DNA of 63,668 bases, counting the filler, from Octopus bimaculoides (Eukaryota), in NCBI RefSeq assembly GCF_001194135.2. It is 6 parts of 6 records of this genome, joined end to end, with 100 filler letters (N's around TTAATTAATTAA, not from the genome) between each part and the next. Parts side by side here need not be neighbours in the genome. Positions count along the whole stretch, not along the records: positions 32,794 to 39,805 come from NC_068995.1; positions 39,906 to 44,890 come from NC_068988.1; positions 44,991 to 63,668 come from NC_068990.1; 3 more parts are not named here. One strand, 5' to 3'. Shown here in pieces: positions 38,453 through 51,561 of the stretch. How positions within the stretch are numbered: the first letter of the stretch is position 1; every line of letters begins with the position of its first letter. The translations under genes were made by a program, and so were the position numbers. Below the pieces are notes generated by a model. It was not told the DNA's origin, did not search any database, and worked only from the letters and a program-made list of their open reading frames with translations.

Positions 38453-39461
38453 GGTATGACAGACTTTATGTGTGTATGTATATATATATATATCAATGTC
38501 TTTTTTATGTCAAGTTATAATAAATACAGCCTAACATTAAACTGAAAATTTATTCAAAACTTTTTATCGAGTACATATTTATCATACTTTTTACAATAAG
38601 AATAGTAATTGTGACTTCGAAGTTTAGTTGACCGAAACTTCGAAAGTTACTGTCTCCCCTATTTTTGAAAAAGTGAAATGTCTTATACATATATATATAT
38701 AAGAGTTGCATTAAATACCCGATTGTGTTCAAATATTTTAGATATTTCTCGTATCTTCTTGCTGGTTCATTTTTGCAGCTTGTTTGAAGTAATAAAATTT
38801 CTTAATTCATAGTCGACGTTTCCAGACCTTCCTTCATAGTCTCACTTTCAAGAGTTAGAATGGATTTGTCGTCTGCGTGATTTCTTGTACACTGGTTGAG
38901 TTCATGTAGAATAAAAATCTTTCATTTATTTCATTTTTGAGCCCCCAAACTCATAAAGCCGGTTACTCGGTTTCCTTGACGTATAAGTGACCGAAGTCAC
39001 AATATTCTCCTTAAACGAGATTCCGTTCCATTCCGGGGTCCAACGCCAGCAATTTTCGAGGGGAAGGGGACAAGCTGGTTACATCGACACCAGTAATGGA
39101 ATGATACTTTATTTTATCGTGCCGAAGTGATGAAAGGCAATGTTGATCTCGGAGATGAGAACTCAGAACCGGAAGGAATGCCGCTAAGCATTCTGTCCGA
39201 CGTGCTAACGAATCTGCCAAGAAGAGTGAAACTTAGGTAACGGGACTTGTGCGGAAATCTTGCGAATTGTGTCTTGTAAATCAAAGAACCAGCCTTGTCA
39301 TATGGTGTGTCAGTCTTATTCAGACAAAGAATTACATCAGATGTACATGGTTCTGTGGAATATGCAGCTACTTGTGCAGGAAATTCACTCGATCGAAAAA
39401 CTGATTATCCTTGAAATCGACGGAGGATCCGCTTTCATTATCATTCTGCTTCGTGATGTGA

Positions 39462-39506
<45 letters not shown>

Positions 39507-39805
39507 TACATATAGATATACAGTAGACTGTGTCCTCACCACTTTCCCGCCACACGCTTTCTTCTCGTTCTGTTCTCGCATTGTTTAAAAAAAAAAAAAA
39601 ACTTTTGTAGGATTAAAAAACCCCAATAATATTTGATAAAGAATTGAAGATGAAATCTTGGCACGCGTTAGAAACCATGCACGACGAACCAAACCGATAT
39701 AAGGATTCAAAGCACTCTTTGATAAAATGTCTATTAAAAATAACTTGTAAAGGAAGAAAATATATTTTGTATGCCTCAGAAGGATATAATTCTAAGCCTT
39801 AATTT

Positions 39806-39905
39806 NNNNNNNNNNNNNNNNNNNNNNNNNNNNNNNNNNNNNNNNNNNNTTAATTAATTAANNNNNNNNNNNNNNNNNNNNNNNNNNNNNNNNNNNNNNN
39901 NNNNN
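39806..39905. other. Scaffolding spacer
   Basis: 44 N + TTAATTAATTAA (39850-39861) + 44 N. Confidence 0.97.
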
Positions 39906-39906
39906 A

Positions 39907-40165
39907 GTAACCACGGAATTCCTGGGCCACCATTCAGCAGCTGTTGACAGCAGAGGGAGCGCCTGACCAGTGCAACGCGTCCCTTCAACAGAAAGCGGAA
40001 AACTAAGCGCACCGGTTTTCTCAACCAGTGAACGTGGCAAGGGACGACGGTCAAGCAGAAATAGATGACGGATGCAATGTACGCACTCGACAGCTCCGCT
40101 CGACCTTTCAGGGACAGCTTCGTCTCGGCCCATTTCTGGGTGAGATTGGCTACCCTGCACGTCAC
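39907..40165 (-). mobile_element. Tx1/L1-clade LINE ORF2 fragment (region downstream of RT)
   Basis: KWAETKLSLKGRAELSSAYIASVIYF..RLVFRFLLKG..LNGGPGIPWL matches the L1/Tx1 'LSxxGRxxLxxxxxxS...FxWxG...GGLG' pattern. Confidence 0.78.
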
Positions 40166-41274
40166 CTCGTTCCATTTTTACTCAACCTGGAAGTCTGGAT
40201 CAAATAAAACCTCGAGCAATAATAATGATAATAATAATAATAATTTTGGAAAAGTGCCAGTAGTTTTTAAGGGGAAATCGATTATTTTCAGCACAATACT
40301 TAACTGGTACTTTATATCAAGTACTCCAGAAGGACGAAAGACAAAGTTGACCTCAGCTTAATTTGAACACGGGACGAAACCAACCAAAAGACGCTAAGCA
40401 TTTTGTCCTATGTACTTACAATTCTGTCAGCTTGTCAATTTAATCAATTGATTAATTCATTCATTGTACAATCAAGAAGTCTGAAATTTTGGGGAAGGGG
40501 ATGCTCGATTACATCCACCGCAATGTTTGACTGGTACTTATTTTATCGACGCGAAAGATAAAAGTTTGATTCTACCTCAGTGGATTTTAAATTCAGAACG
40601 TAAAGACAAATGAAATGCTGTTAAACATTTTGTCCTGCAAGATAACGATTCAGCCAGCTAGCTGCCTTATTTAATTAATGATTAGTACTAATAATTCATA
40701 TGCCTAGCTTAAAATATTATCTTTATTAGGATGAAGACAGTGACTTGTATATGTATGCTATGCATCATTGACGTCGTCAATGAGACATACTACGCATGTA
40801 CGCCTTAGGAGGTAGACAGGCTTTTTCAACTGGAAAAATCATTACGTAGTAAGCGTCTTGCATATAATCTATGAACATATTATTTCAAATATAATTAATG
40901 TTTCGTTGTAACTTGGAAGTATCATTAGTCCAGTAATAAACGCACACGCTCACAGGTTCCATTTCACTTCTTTGTTCTAATGTTAACATACAAAAATTTT
41001 ATTAAGCGACTGATTAAGTGCACAAGTGATTAGTTAGTTGACAAATACTAGAGTAGTAAAATTGAAGCAATGCGTGTGTTCATTATTAGCGTAGTGAACC
41101 GCCCAAAATACAAGTAATTTGTTTTAACTCACGAGTTTTCATCAATGATATTGTAGACCGAATTGAAAAACGAAATATAATTAAGGCGTGTTTTAATCCT
41201 TATTCTAATCTAATCAGATTACTTTATATTCAGTGTGAAAGTTTACCTTGGTGTCAGGGATAAAAACAACATAT

Positions 41275-41705
41275 ATGGCAGCGAGCTGGCAGATCCGTTC
41301 TCACGCCGGACGTAAGGATTAGCGACATTTTATCCGTATATACGTTCTTAGTTCAAATTCCGCGGGGGTCGACTTTCTCTTTCATTGCTTCTTCTTAATC
41401 CCTTTTGCCCCTTGTGGAGCTTAGGGCCTCAACAGTTATTTTCTACTTTTTGCGGTCATTGGCGTGTTTTCTTGGCTGCATCCCATGTCAGACCGTTAGT
41501 TCTGAGCTCGTCCAAAATGCTCAACTTCTATGTCTGCTTCGGGCGTCCTCGCTTCCTTTTCCCCTGCAGGTTCCAGTCAAGTGCTTGTCTTGTCATTTCA
41601 TCCTTTCGGAGTCGATGAAATACGTACCAGATGACTTCTAGAGTCAATGTAATCGACTTATTATTCCCCTCAAACTGCTGGCCTTGTGCCAAATTTTGAA
41701 GCCAA
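41275..41705 (+). mobile_element. tRNA SINE interrupted by an RTE 3' fragment
   Basis: SINE head at 41275-41385; SINE sequence resumes at 41596 (TTTCATCCTTTCGG). Confidence 0.82.
41386..41595 (-). mobile_element. 5'-truncated RTE LINE insertion with 6-bp target-site duplication
   Basis: Minus translation gives TRQALDWNLQGKRKRGRPKQT, with an (AAG)n tail. TTTCAT is duplicated at 41380-41385 and 41596-41601. Confidence 0.82.
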
Positions 41706-41914
41706 TTTAAGTAACATATATTGCAGCGGCAACTCATAAGCATTGTCGATACGTGAAATATTTCAGTATAAAGTTCACTGGCACAAAAAAAAAAAGAAAA
41801 TGAAACGGAGGGAAAAACAAAAGTTTTTAGATGTTAATATTCGTCAACAAAATGTTCGACTTTCTACTTACATGGACAATGACACGGATGTGTGTGATTG
41901 TGCATGTTTGCGTC

Positions 41915-41977
<63 letters not shown>

Positions 41978-42647
41978 TGAAGTTCGTTTCCAAGCAACGT
42001 CTATCCGAGTCTAATCCAACAATGAGTACCACATCTGGAAAATATCTCCCACCTTAGCTTTAAATTGAGCTGCAAATTGTAAATGGAATTTAGTAGACGG
42101 CGTCTGTGGAGGTTTTTGCGTTGTATGTTTGTGTGCGTATATATGTGTGAGTGTGTATCTGTGTCTCTGTGCATATAAGTGTATACACATGTGTGCGTGT
42201 GTGTGTGTTTTCTGAATTGTGATTCTGTGTATGGTTTTATTTTGTCTGTGCAAACACGTATATGTGGATGCGTATGATTGTTTGTCCGTGAGTTAGTGTA
42301 TATGTGTGTGGGATTGTTTGTTTATGTATATGAGTGTGTGAGTCTCTATGATTGTTTATCTCTGTATGCATGTGTGTGTAAACATTGTCTGAGAAAATCT
42401 ACGCTTTTGAATAAAAATACGATGCGTGGCATATGTTCTCCCGACGTCAGAAATTCATCGAATCAGAGATTGGCATATTGGAAACTTGTAACCAATGGCG
42501 CTATTGTTAACCAAATACGATTCATATTAAAGTAAAAATATATTCTGCAGGCGTTCAATTCCTCCGCTCTCTTTGGAGAATACATCCAAAGATATCAGAA
42601 ATTGAATGAAATTGATTCAGCTGTGTATAGTCTTTCAGTGGTGCCGA

Positions 42648-42680
<33 letters not shown>

Positions 42681-44890
42681 GATTTCTTCTTATGTGTTTA
42701 TCTGCCTGCCTGTATATCTGTCTAGTTATTGCGCCGCCTTGACTGAATGTTTGTCTATACATGTAAATATATATCTGTGCATGTTTGCATATATGTGTAA
42801 GAAGAACAAAAAATTGGATCTATGCTTAAATCTTCACTTAACCGCTACATACTTTCAAGAACAGTCTCACTCCACGTCCCTCTGGCTGAATATTTTCTGC
42901 TACAGTTTCGGTTTGACGAGTGTCTTTTAATTAAAATTAGGTGGACAAGTAATAAAGACAGCATCTCAAATCCATCTTAGTTACGGTTGGCCGCATGACG
43001 TTAGCATTATATTTCAACTACCGCCCGGTAGTTGCATCTAACATATTCACTGAATATATAAACCGAGGAAACAAACTGATGTCAAAATTAAGCAGTAGAA
43101 TGGAGAGGAGGTCTACTTCAAAACCTAGTAACAACAAACGTCAACGAATTTGTTTTCGTGGAAGACCAACTGTTCAGTGGTTGACCGTTTAATGACTGTT
43201 TGCGAGACAATTAACGCTGTGAGGATGTTTGTTTCTAATAACGTAGGATGCAACTATTATGACCAATACAAACTTTTTGGGAAGATTTACTATATTCATA
43301 TAATCAGCCATAAATAAAACGGATTAGAGTTACGTTTCAACTTTATGTCCTGTTTGGCTATTTCTGGAGTCCATGAATTTAAAAATATCGTCTGATTTCT
43401 ATATGTTCTTAATTGAAAAAAATAAACAAATTTTACATGTTTTATGGATTCTTTTCCCCATTCTCATTCACTAGCACAAATACACATAAGCACNNNNNNN
43501 NNNNNNNNNNNNNNNNNNNNNNNNNNNNNNNNNNNNNNNNNNNNNNNNNNNNNNNNNNNNNNNNNNNNNNNNNNNNNNNNNNNNNNNNNNNNNNNNNNNN
43601 NNNNNNNNNNNNNNNNNNNNNNNNNNNNNNNNNNNNNNNNNNNNNNNNNNNNNNNNNNNNNNNNNNNNNNNNNNNNNNNNNNNNNNNNNNNNNNNNNNNN
43701 NNNNNNNNNNNNNNNNNNNNNNNNNNNNNNNNNNNNNNNNNNNNNNNNNNNNNNNNNNNNNNNNNNNNNNNNNNNNNNNNNNNNNNNNNNNNNNNNNNNN
43801 NNNNNNNNNNNNNNNNNNNNNNNNNNNNNNNNNNNNNNNNNNNNNNNNNNNNNNNNNNNNNNNNNNNNNNNNNNNNNNNNNNNNNNNNNNNNNNNNNNNN
43901 NNNNNNNNNNNNNNNNNNNNNNNNNNNNNNNNNNNNNNNNNNNNNNNNNNNNNNNNNNNNNNNNNNNNNNNNNNNNNNNNNNNNNNNNNNNNNNNNNNNN
44001 NNNNNNNNNNNTATATATATATATATAGCAAGAACTGATGCAGTACAAATGTTTGAAACCCCCTCCATTTAATTGAACAACGCAATCATTACATCAATTT
44101 AAATGCAAGGCTCTCATCAGATGCACAAATGAATAGAATTTTAATCAGTCGAACATATTACTATAATTTTTTTTCAAATACTTTGACAGAGCAATAAGAT
44201 GGAAGAAATCTATGATGTCGTTACTGTTTACTACACTTACAAGAAAGGAATGAAGCTTACTGCTGTCCGACTCATTAAAATTCTATTTATTTGTGCAGCT
44301 GATGGTAGCCCTGCATTTAAATAGATGCCATGATTGCATTGTTCAATTAAATGGAGCCGCTTGAAACGGTCGTACTGCATCNNNNNNNNNNTGACTGTGA
44401 CTGCGAAGTGTCTCAGCCTTTATCGGACTGTGGTATATGAGTTTTTGGGGGATGGGGTGCCTCTTAGTTGAATGATAATTAGTTTGTAGTGTAGATTCTG
44501 ATCGTAAGATATTATGGAAGATTTCCATTCATTAAATTTTAGGTTGTGTTGTTGGTTAGATCTCAAACTACCAAGCCCTAGAGCTGACATACCTAAAGAG
44601 ACACACCTGGCCATTAACTTCTAAATGCATTACTGAATTATGATCAACAACAACACCAAATTTATTCAACGAAAATTTTTCTATATCTCTGCATCAGAAA
44701 CTACTCTATAACCTACTTATCATTAATCAGAGCCCCAACCCGCTTACCCCAGAAAATTTAAACCTAACAGCGTTTACATAAATGTAAGATGAACTCAAGG
44801 GGTACCAAACGAAGTAACTGGAAGCGTTCTCTCTGGGACAAGCCCGTTGTAGTTCAGGCTACTGCCGATAGAAGCCATTTGATGCGATCC

Positions 44891-44990
44891 NNNNNNNNNN
44901 NNNNNNNNNNNNNNNNNNNNNNNNNNNNNNNNNNTTAATTAATTAANNNNNNNNNNNNNNNNNNNNNNNNNNNNNNNNNNNNNNNNNNNN
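44891..44990. other. Scaffolding spacer
   Basis: 44 N + TTAATTAATTAA (44935-44946) + 44 N. Confidence 0.97.
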
Positions 44991-45150
44991 ACTCCTAAAA
45001 AGAGGAGAGAATGATCTGGGACTCCTAAAAAGTGGAGAGAATGATCTGGGACTCCTAAAAAGTGGAGAGAATGATCTGGGACTCTTACATTAAAGAAAGT
45101 TATGAGGAAACAAAGTCGGAAGAGAGGAGCGAATGATCTGGGACTCCTAA
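44991..45150. repeat. 30-bp tandem repeat upstream of SNX3
   Basis: ACTCCTAAAAAG(A/T)GGAGAGAATGATCTGGG at 44991, 45021 and 45051, plus a displaced partial copy at ~45131-45150. Confidence 0.93.
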
Positions 45151-45432
45151 AAAATAACTTTATTTTTCATCTTATCAACATAATCATAATCTACGCATAC
45201 GAAAGTGAATTTCTACAAAATTTATTTTAAAAAATTGTTATCATTCAGACTATCACGAAGAAAGAAATCATAAGACAGTTGGGGCTCTAATGTGTATATA
45301 TAGAGAGGTGGGAGCATGGCGTCATTGATTCGACCTGACACAAGACGTAGAAAGAAGTGATGAGTTACGGGCCTTGAGTTGTCAGAAAGTGATTACGTCA
45401 GAAGGCAAGCGGTCGGGGCAGAAAGAGTCAGG

Positions 45433-45585
45433 ATGAATACGGCAACTGCTCGCATTCAACCGAAAAAACAAACTTTAGAAGATGCCTATTCACCTCCGGC
45501 CAATTTCCTAGAAATAGACGTTTGCAATCCACAAACACATGGACTAGGCAAAAAGCGATACACCGATTACGAAGTCCGAATGAGG
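45433..45585 (+). CDS. SNX3: Sorting nexin 3/12 orthologue, coding exon 1 (51 aa)
   Basis: MNTATARIQPKKQTLEDAYSPPANFLEIDVCNPQTHGLGKKRYTDYEVRMR matches the SNX3/12 N-terminus (LxDAYxPPxNFLEIDVxNP). It ends at a phase-0 donor AGG|GTGAGT, just before the expected TNLP. Confidence 0.95.
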
Positions 45586-46066
45586 GTGAGTATTAATTTA
45601 ATTAACTCCGAAACGACACCACTTTGCGATTTTAATTACTCTTTGAATGATTAAGAATTACGGATGATATAAATAAACATAATGTTGAATAATGGCAATA
45701 ATGTTGTAATTGGCACAAACCATAGACAACAGAAACAAAATATTATACATTTAGTTTATCTACGTTTTGCTTCCCTGGATTCTTTCTGCGTTCAAATCCC
45801 GCCCCAAGTTTTTCACTTTTATTGTCATCCTTTCACAATCAACGTAAGCAGAGCCATACATATAAAAGAATCAGTTACATGGGGGGNNNNNNNNNNNNNN
45901 NNNNNNNNNNNNNNNNNAGTTTAACATATCTACGAATCGCTCTTGATTACTAAAGAATCAAAAAAAGAAGAAAAAGGGTGGATTTGAGCCTCAGTAAAAG
46001 AGTTGACAATCCTTGTTGAACCAGGAATCTTGTTTTAGCTTTACTCCGTTTTAGACCAACTATTAC

Positions 46067-46113
<47 letters not shown>

Positions 46114-46533
46114 GTATGTATATATAATGTGTGTTGTAGAGACATTAGAATTGTTTAGGAATCCATATTAGGGTGTGTGTGTTCTGGTTAAAAACCAGGA
46201 TTACATATTATTCTGCAATTGGATTTACCAGCATTTAAATAGTTGATGTTCTTGTTCTATAAAACCTGTTGTCTGTTGTAACAACTCTGCTAAAGGTTAC
46301 TATAAAAGAAAATAATAATAATAGTATTTATGTAAGTAATTAAATATATGTGTAGAGAGAGAGAGAATAATCATTCCGTTAATTACGGATTTAGTGAATA
46401 TATTTTAATTAAATATTTTTAATTTGTTGTCATTTTAAAAACAAGTCTCATTCATCTTTATCGACTTCGGATTGACTGACAATGGCTGCAGAGCTAACGG
46501 AACCGGGTTTAACCAGACATATATCATTATTCG

Positions 46534-46567
<34 letters not shown>

Positions 46568-47767
46568 NNNNNNNNNNTATATATATATATATATATATAT
46601 ATATGGGAGTGACGGATTTTTTTGTATTTCCCCCGTAACTGTAACGTTCTTTTATGCGTTTCAGCCCTAAAGCTGAAGCCTTGCTGGGGCACCACCAATG
46701 TTATTACTTTTTCAGTGACCATTCTTATCCGATTGGCCTTTTGGTGAAGATTTTCATCACAGTTCGTGGAAATATGCACGCGTAGATAGATAGAGGTGTG
46801 TGTAGCGATAAGTGTATGTAGTTATAGATATACAGCTATATTTAGCCTCTACTGAAGAACATAAATGACCATAGTCTGTAGAACTATGGCACCGTGGTTC
46901 GGCATTAACACTCAAATTACCCCCACCTGTATGTGTTACGCAAACGCACATATATGTATAAACACTCATACTTGTATCTTTGTTAGGGGGCGGTATCTGG
47001 TGTTTGTCGGGTCAACACAGTTTTCTTGATATGTACGACATGCGCGCAGTAAATTCGAGTTTTAATAACGTGGTCTACACAAAATATATTTTACATCTCA
47101 CACATTTATCGGCGAAAGTAGAGAATACGTAAACCCGGTGTCTAGGATTTTGGTTACGCCGAAAACGGGTGGCGTACATATTCTTTACTTCTGCCCCTTT
47201 TATTTATATTAGTTTCCATGTTGAAGTCCACAGCCTGTATTCTACATTAATAATAAGATCCTTACTGCGTGAAATAACAGTAGATACGTAAATTAAGAAA
47301 TCAGAGCTTTCAGGTGTTCATAGCTTTGTTTTTTCAACCCTCCCCCCTGTGAAGTGATTCTAAATGAGAATCGAAACCGTAATCAAAGGACTTCATTGTC
47401 AAATGTGTCCTTCCAATCTCGAGTCTGTGGGCGTATAATTTAGAAGATACTTGTTTGCTATCAGTTTGATGTCCTTTGTTGAGATTCTCTTGTCGGTTTG
47501 TATGACGCCTGTGTTTGTTATTTAACTCCATCAACCGTGATCGAGCAAATTTATGCTCAAACGACGCCTCATATGTGACCACTCCGTTTTTTGTGTTTTT
47601 TCTTCTATACCAGAGACTACATTACTTAATGTGTCCTATTATTTTTGAGACTGCTGTCTCTGGCAGGCCTAACGACTACCTTGAAGGTGTCTTGTTTTAT
47701 ATGGAATTATTCTGCAATTATTTGTATATACATTAGAATAACTGCGGAAATTAAAGCCTGAATTTAG

Positions 47768-47805
<38 letters not shown>

Positions 47806-48245
47806 CATATCCTAAATTGCTATCCACACCCTTCACAGACTAGGAAACTTAATCTCCACAAAGTTAGGAGGCGACATTCAGCTCTTAATATTTAGTTTAA
47901 ATATCTATGAATGAAATAAAGAGTATGAACTGCACACCATTATTTTAGGTAATATCTTTCTCTCGTCCCTCTTTGATTGCTTTTCCTATTTATTTTTCTG
48001 TGAAAATAATTCAGTCCTCCAGTTTCTTGAGAGAGAGGGAGGAAAAAATTATGACTTGTCAGTAGGAATCTGTGTTTTTCTTTTTTTTGCTTTGACCTAA
48101 TTTAAGAAACTGATCTGACATGGGAGGGTGTTCCATATATAACTGTGTGTATGTGTATACACACACACACACACATACACTTTAGTTCTTCGTTTTCGCC
48201 ATAGCGACTAAGGCCATGTTCGATCATCTATCTATCCATCCATCC

Positions 48246-48289
48246 ATAGTCTGATGAAGGCTAGCAGGCCGAAACTTCGAAGTCGCTGT
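48246..48289 (+). ncRNA. Minimal type I hammerhead ribozyme with intact core, in SNX3 intron 1 (sense)
   Basis: ATAGT-CTGATGA-A-GGCT AGCA GGCC-GAAA-C TTCGAA GTC-GCTGT. Helix I has 5 bp (2 G-U), stem II has 4 bp, the helix III loop is palindromic and the cleavage triplet is GUC (C48284). Confidence 0.8.
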
Positions 48290-49992
48290 CACTGCTATTC
48301 TTGTAAATGTATTGTGTGTGTGTGTGTGCGGTACGTACATGCTGGTAAATGCTTTTTGGAATCGATGGGGGTATCTGCTGGAGACAGACAAATAAGATAA
48401 ATGTGATCGTTGTTTGTACGAAAAGTTTATGATTGACCGCGTTATTTAAAGGAAGTGCTTGGTGCGAAGGGGTGGAGCAGTGTGGCAGTTGTACAATGTG
48501 GCCGCGGATCCACCCCCGAATGATCGGCGACAGATTTGAGGTATGCGTGGGGATTCATAATAAACGTGTGTACCTATGGAATATACTTATGTATTACACA
48601 TGCACGTATATGGTATTGTTGTGTACATGTTTATACACGCAAAATCCAGCGTGTGTTTGTGCATAGATTTAAGTGTGTGTATATACACACACACACACAC
48701 TGTGTTTATGAAGAGAAAGGACATTAATATTAAACAGTGTTCAATACGATTATATTTCGTGGTGATTGATTTAATTTAAATGTTCTTAATTACTTCAGAA
48801 TATTTCTTGACAACTAGAAATCAGCTTTTAGTGTATATATGTACGTGTGTGTGTGTGTATTTGTAATTGCGCGCGCGCATACAACCACAAAAACTCGGTG
48901 TTATGTGAAACTATTTAAAGAAGCACTTAAAAATTTACGCATGTGTGTGTGTGATGTGATTAGGGTGTATAATGGTGATTTCGAAAACTGATATATCTTT
49001 ATATGTTGTTGGCGTGGATGAACATCTTGTCTCAGTTACTATCTTAAACTTTGTGTTCCGGTTTACAACGTATAATTATCTCTCGATAAGCTTTGCCTGT
49101 TCTCATTAAACTTGATTGACGAAATATTTCGGTAGACGTTGGTAATATTCCTTTCATTTCGCATAACTTCTTGGAAAACTATATCTTCGTTTTCGTTTCT
49201 TGTGTTTTTTTTTTGTTTTTTGTTGTTTTTTTTCTCTGTTATAACTCCGCCCGAATTTTGGACGTGGGAGGGAGGCGTCAGTTTTCGTTTTCCTAATTCT
49301 GTCATCCCAGATGAACGAGACAAAAACGAAATAAAATTTCAAAATCTTTTAAAATACCGTCGGATCAGGTGGTTGCTGTTGGTTACATCCATATCTGACC
49401 TGATTAAGCAGATTTAAGATCAGCGACGTTTCAATCGTGTTTTTTTTGTTTTTTTTATTAAGATGGTTGGGTACTTTTTTTCTCTCTGGTTTCGTCAGNN
49501 NNNNNNNNNNNNNNNNNNNNNNNNNNNNNNNNNNNNNNNNNNNNNNNNNNNNNNNNNNNNNNNNNNNNNNNNNNNNNNNNNNNNNNNNNNNNNNNNNNNN
49601 NNNNNNNNNNNNNNNNNNNNNNNNNNNNNNNNNNNNNNNNNNNNNNNNNNNNNNNNNNNNNNNNNNNNNNNNNNNNNNNNNNNNNNNNNNNNNNNNNNNN
49701 NNNNNNNNNNNNNNNNNNNNNNNNNNNNNNNNNNNNNNNNNNNNNNNNNNNNNNNNNNNNNNNNNNNNNNNNNNNNNNNNNNNNNNNNNNNNNNNNNNNN
49801 NNNNNNNNNNNNNNNNNNNNNNNNNNNNNNNNNNNNNNNNNNNNNNNNNNNNNNNNNNNNNNNNNNNNNNNNNNNNNNNNNNNNNNNNNNNNNNNNNNNN
49901 NNNNNNNNNNNNNNNNNNNNNNNNNNNNNNNNNNNNNNNNNNNNNNNNNNNNNNNNNNNNNNNNNNNNNNNNNNNNNNNNNNNNNNNNNNNN

Positions 49993-50034
<42 letters not shown>

Positions 50035-51068
50035 TATGTGTGTATGTAACCTTGTCTTGACATCACATGATGGCTCTCAACAAGCATCACCATCGTACAA
50101 GTGATGTCATTTATTTCTGAGGAAATATTACTTTGCTTGGGAACAGGTGAGGGTTGGTGACAGGAAATCTGCCTCAACAAATTCTGTCTGACCTATGCAC
50201 ACATCGATGTTCAATTTGTGCTGGGTAATGATTTTCCTATACATAGTCGAGCACTTTTGGTTTTGTTGTTGTTTAACCTGACTACAGATTTGATACAGCT
50301 GACATGTGATAAAAGCATTTCACTTGTGATCATTCCGTGTGTGTGTGTGTGTGTGTGTATGTGTGTGTGTATATATATAGAGGGAGAGGGGGAGAGAGAG
50401 GGAGGGGAGAGAGACAGAGAGAGGTGGCAGTGTGGTTAAGCAGTCTGCATCCCAGCCACACCATTTTGGACTCTGTTCTATTGCATGGCCTCTTGGACAA
50501 ACCCCAGGCTGACAAAAGCTTTGCAAATGGATTTAATAAGGGAAACTAAAAAGAGCTCTTTGTGTACATATGTGTACGTGTGTCCCCACAAAATTTCAGG
50601 CCCTGCACCTATAGTAGAAAGGATTATTATTATTAATTGAGAGAGCAGTGCATGCCATCAAAGTAACACTGGGGTACAAATATACGAAGCCCAGTATACC
50701 CATCTGATAAGGGTACACCAGGTACATGCATCACAACGATATATGCACAACATGGTTATCTCATATCAAAATTAACAGCACATGACCTTGCCGGTGGGGC
50801 CCAGTTAGAATTTCCTTCAGGTTGAGTATTCAGAGATGCACATATTGTCAGCTGCCAAGGGTCATGCTCAACTGGTTAAGGTCAAACAACTGACAAGCAA
50901 ATCTGTGGTATTAAGCAGAATATTTGCTGTAGCCCACTTTTTATGCCAAGACAGAACACTTCCAATCAGTTAAGATCAGAAGCCATAAGATTCACTACCT
51001 GATACTGCATCAGGGCATTTATTATAATTATTATTATTATCATCATCATCATCATTATTATTGTTATT

Positions 51069-51282
51069 AGGGCAGTGAACTGGCAGAATCATTAGCACAC
51101 CTGGCAAAATGCTTAGTGGCATGTTGTCCGTCTTACATTTTGAGTTCAAATTCTGTCAGTCAGCTTTGCCATTCGTCCTTTCAGGGTCGATAAAATAAGT
51201 ACCAGTTGACCACTGGTGTTGAGGTAATCCACTTATCTTCACCTCCCCCTGAGCTTGCTGACCTTGTGCCAAAATTTGAAAC

Positions 51283-51315
<33 letters not shown>

Positions 51316-51523
51316 GGTTTCAAGCTGGCAGAATTAACCTGTCAGCAAAATGCTTAGAGGTATTTTGTCTGTCTTTACGTTCTGAGTTCAAATTCTGCTG
51401 AGATCGACTTTGCCTTTCATCCTATGACGGTCGATAAATTAAGTACCAGTTATGCATTGGGGTCGATGTAATTAACTATCCTCCTGCCCCCAATTTTCAG
51501 GCCTTGTGCCTATAGTAGAAAGG

Positions 51524-51561
<38 letters not shown>

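Noticed and set aside
44991-45085. 30-bp repeats as a CRISPR array
   Set aside because: The units are directly adjacent with no unique spacers, and the context is eukaryotic.
45379-45432. N-terminal extension of SNX3 given by the ORF track
   Set aside because: It relies on a TTG start. The ATG at 45433 gives the expected SNX3 N-terminal length.
47768-47804. 37-nt poly(A) as a processed pseudogene tail
   Set aside because: No recognisable upstream coding or SINE body and no target-site duplication were found.
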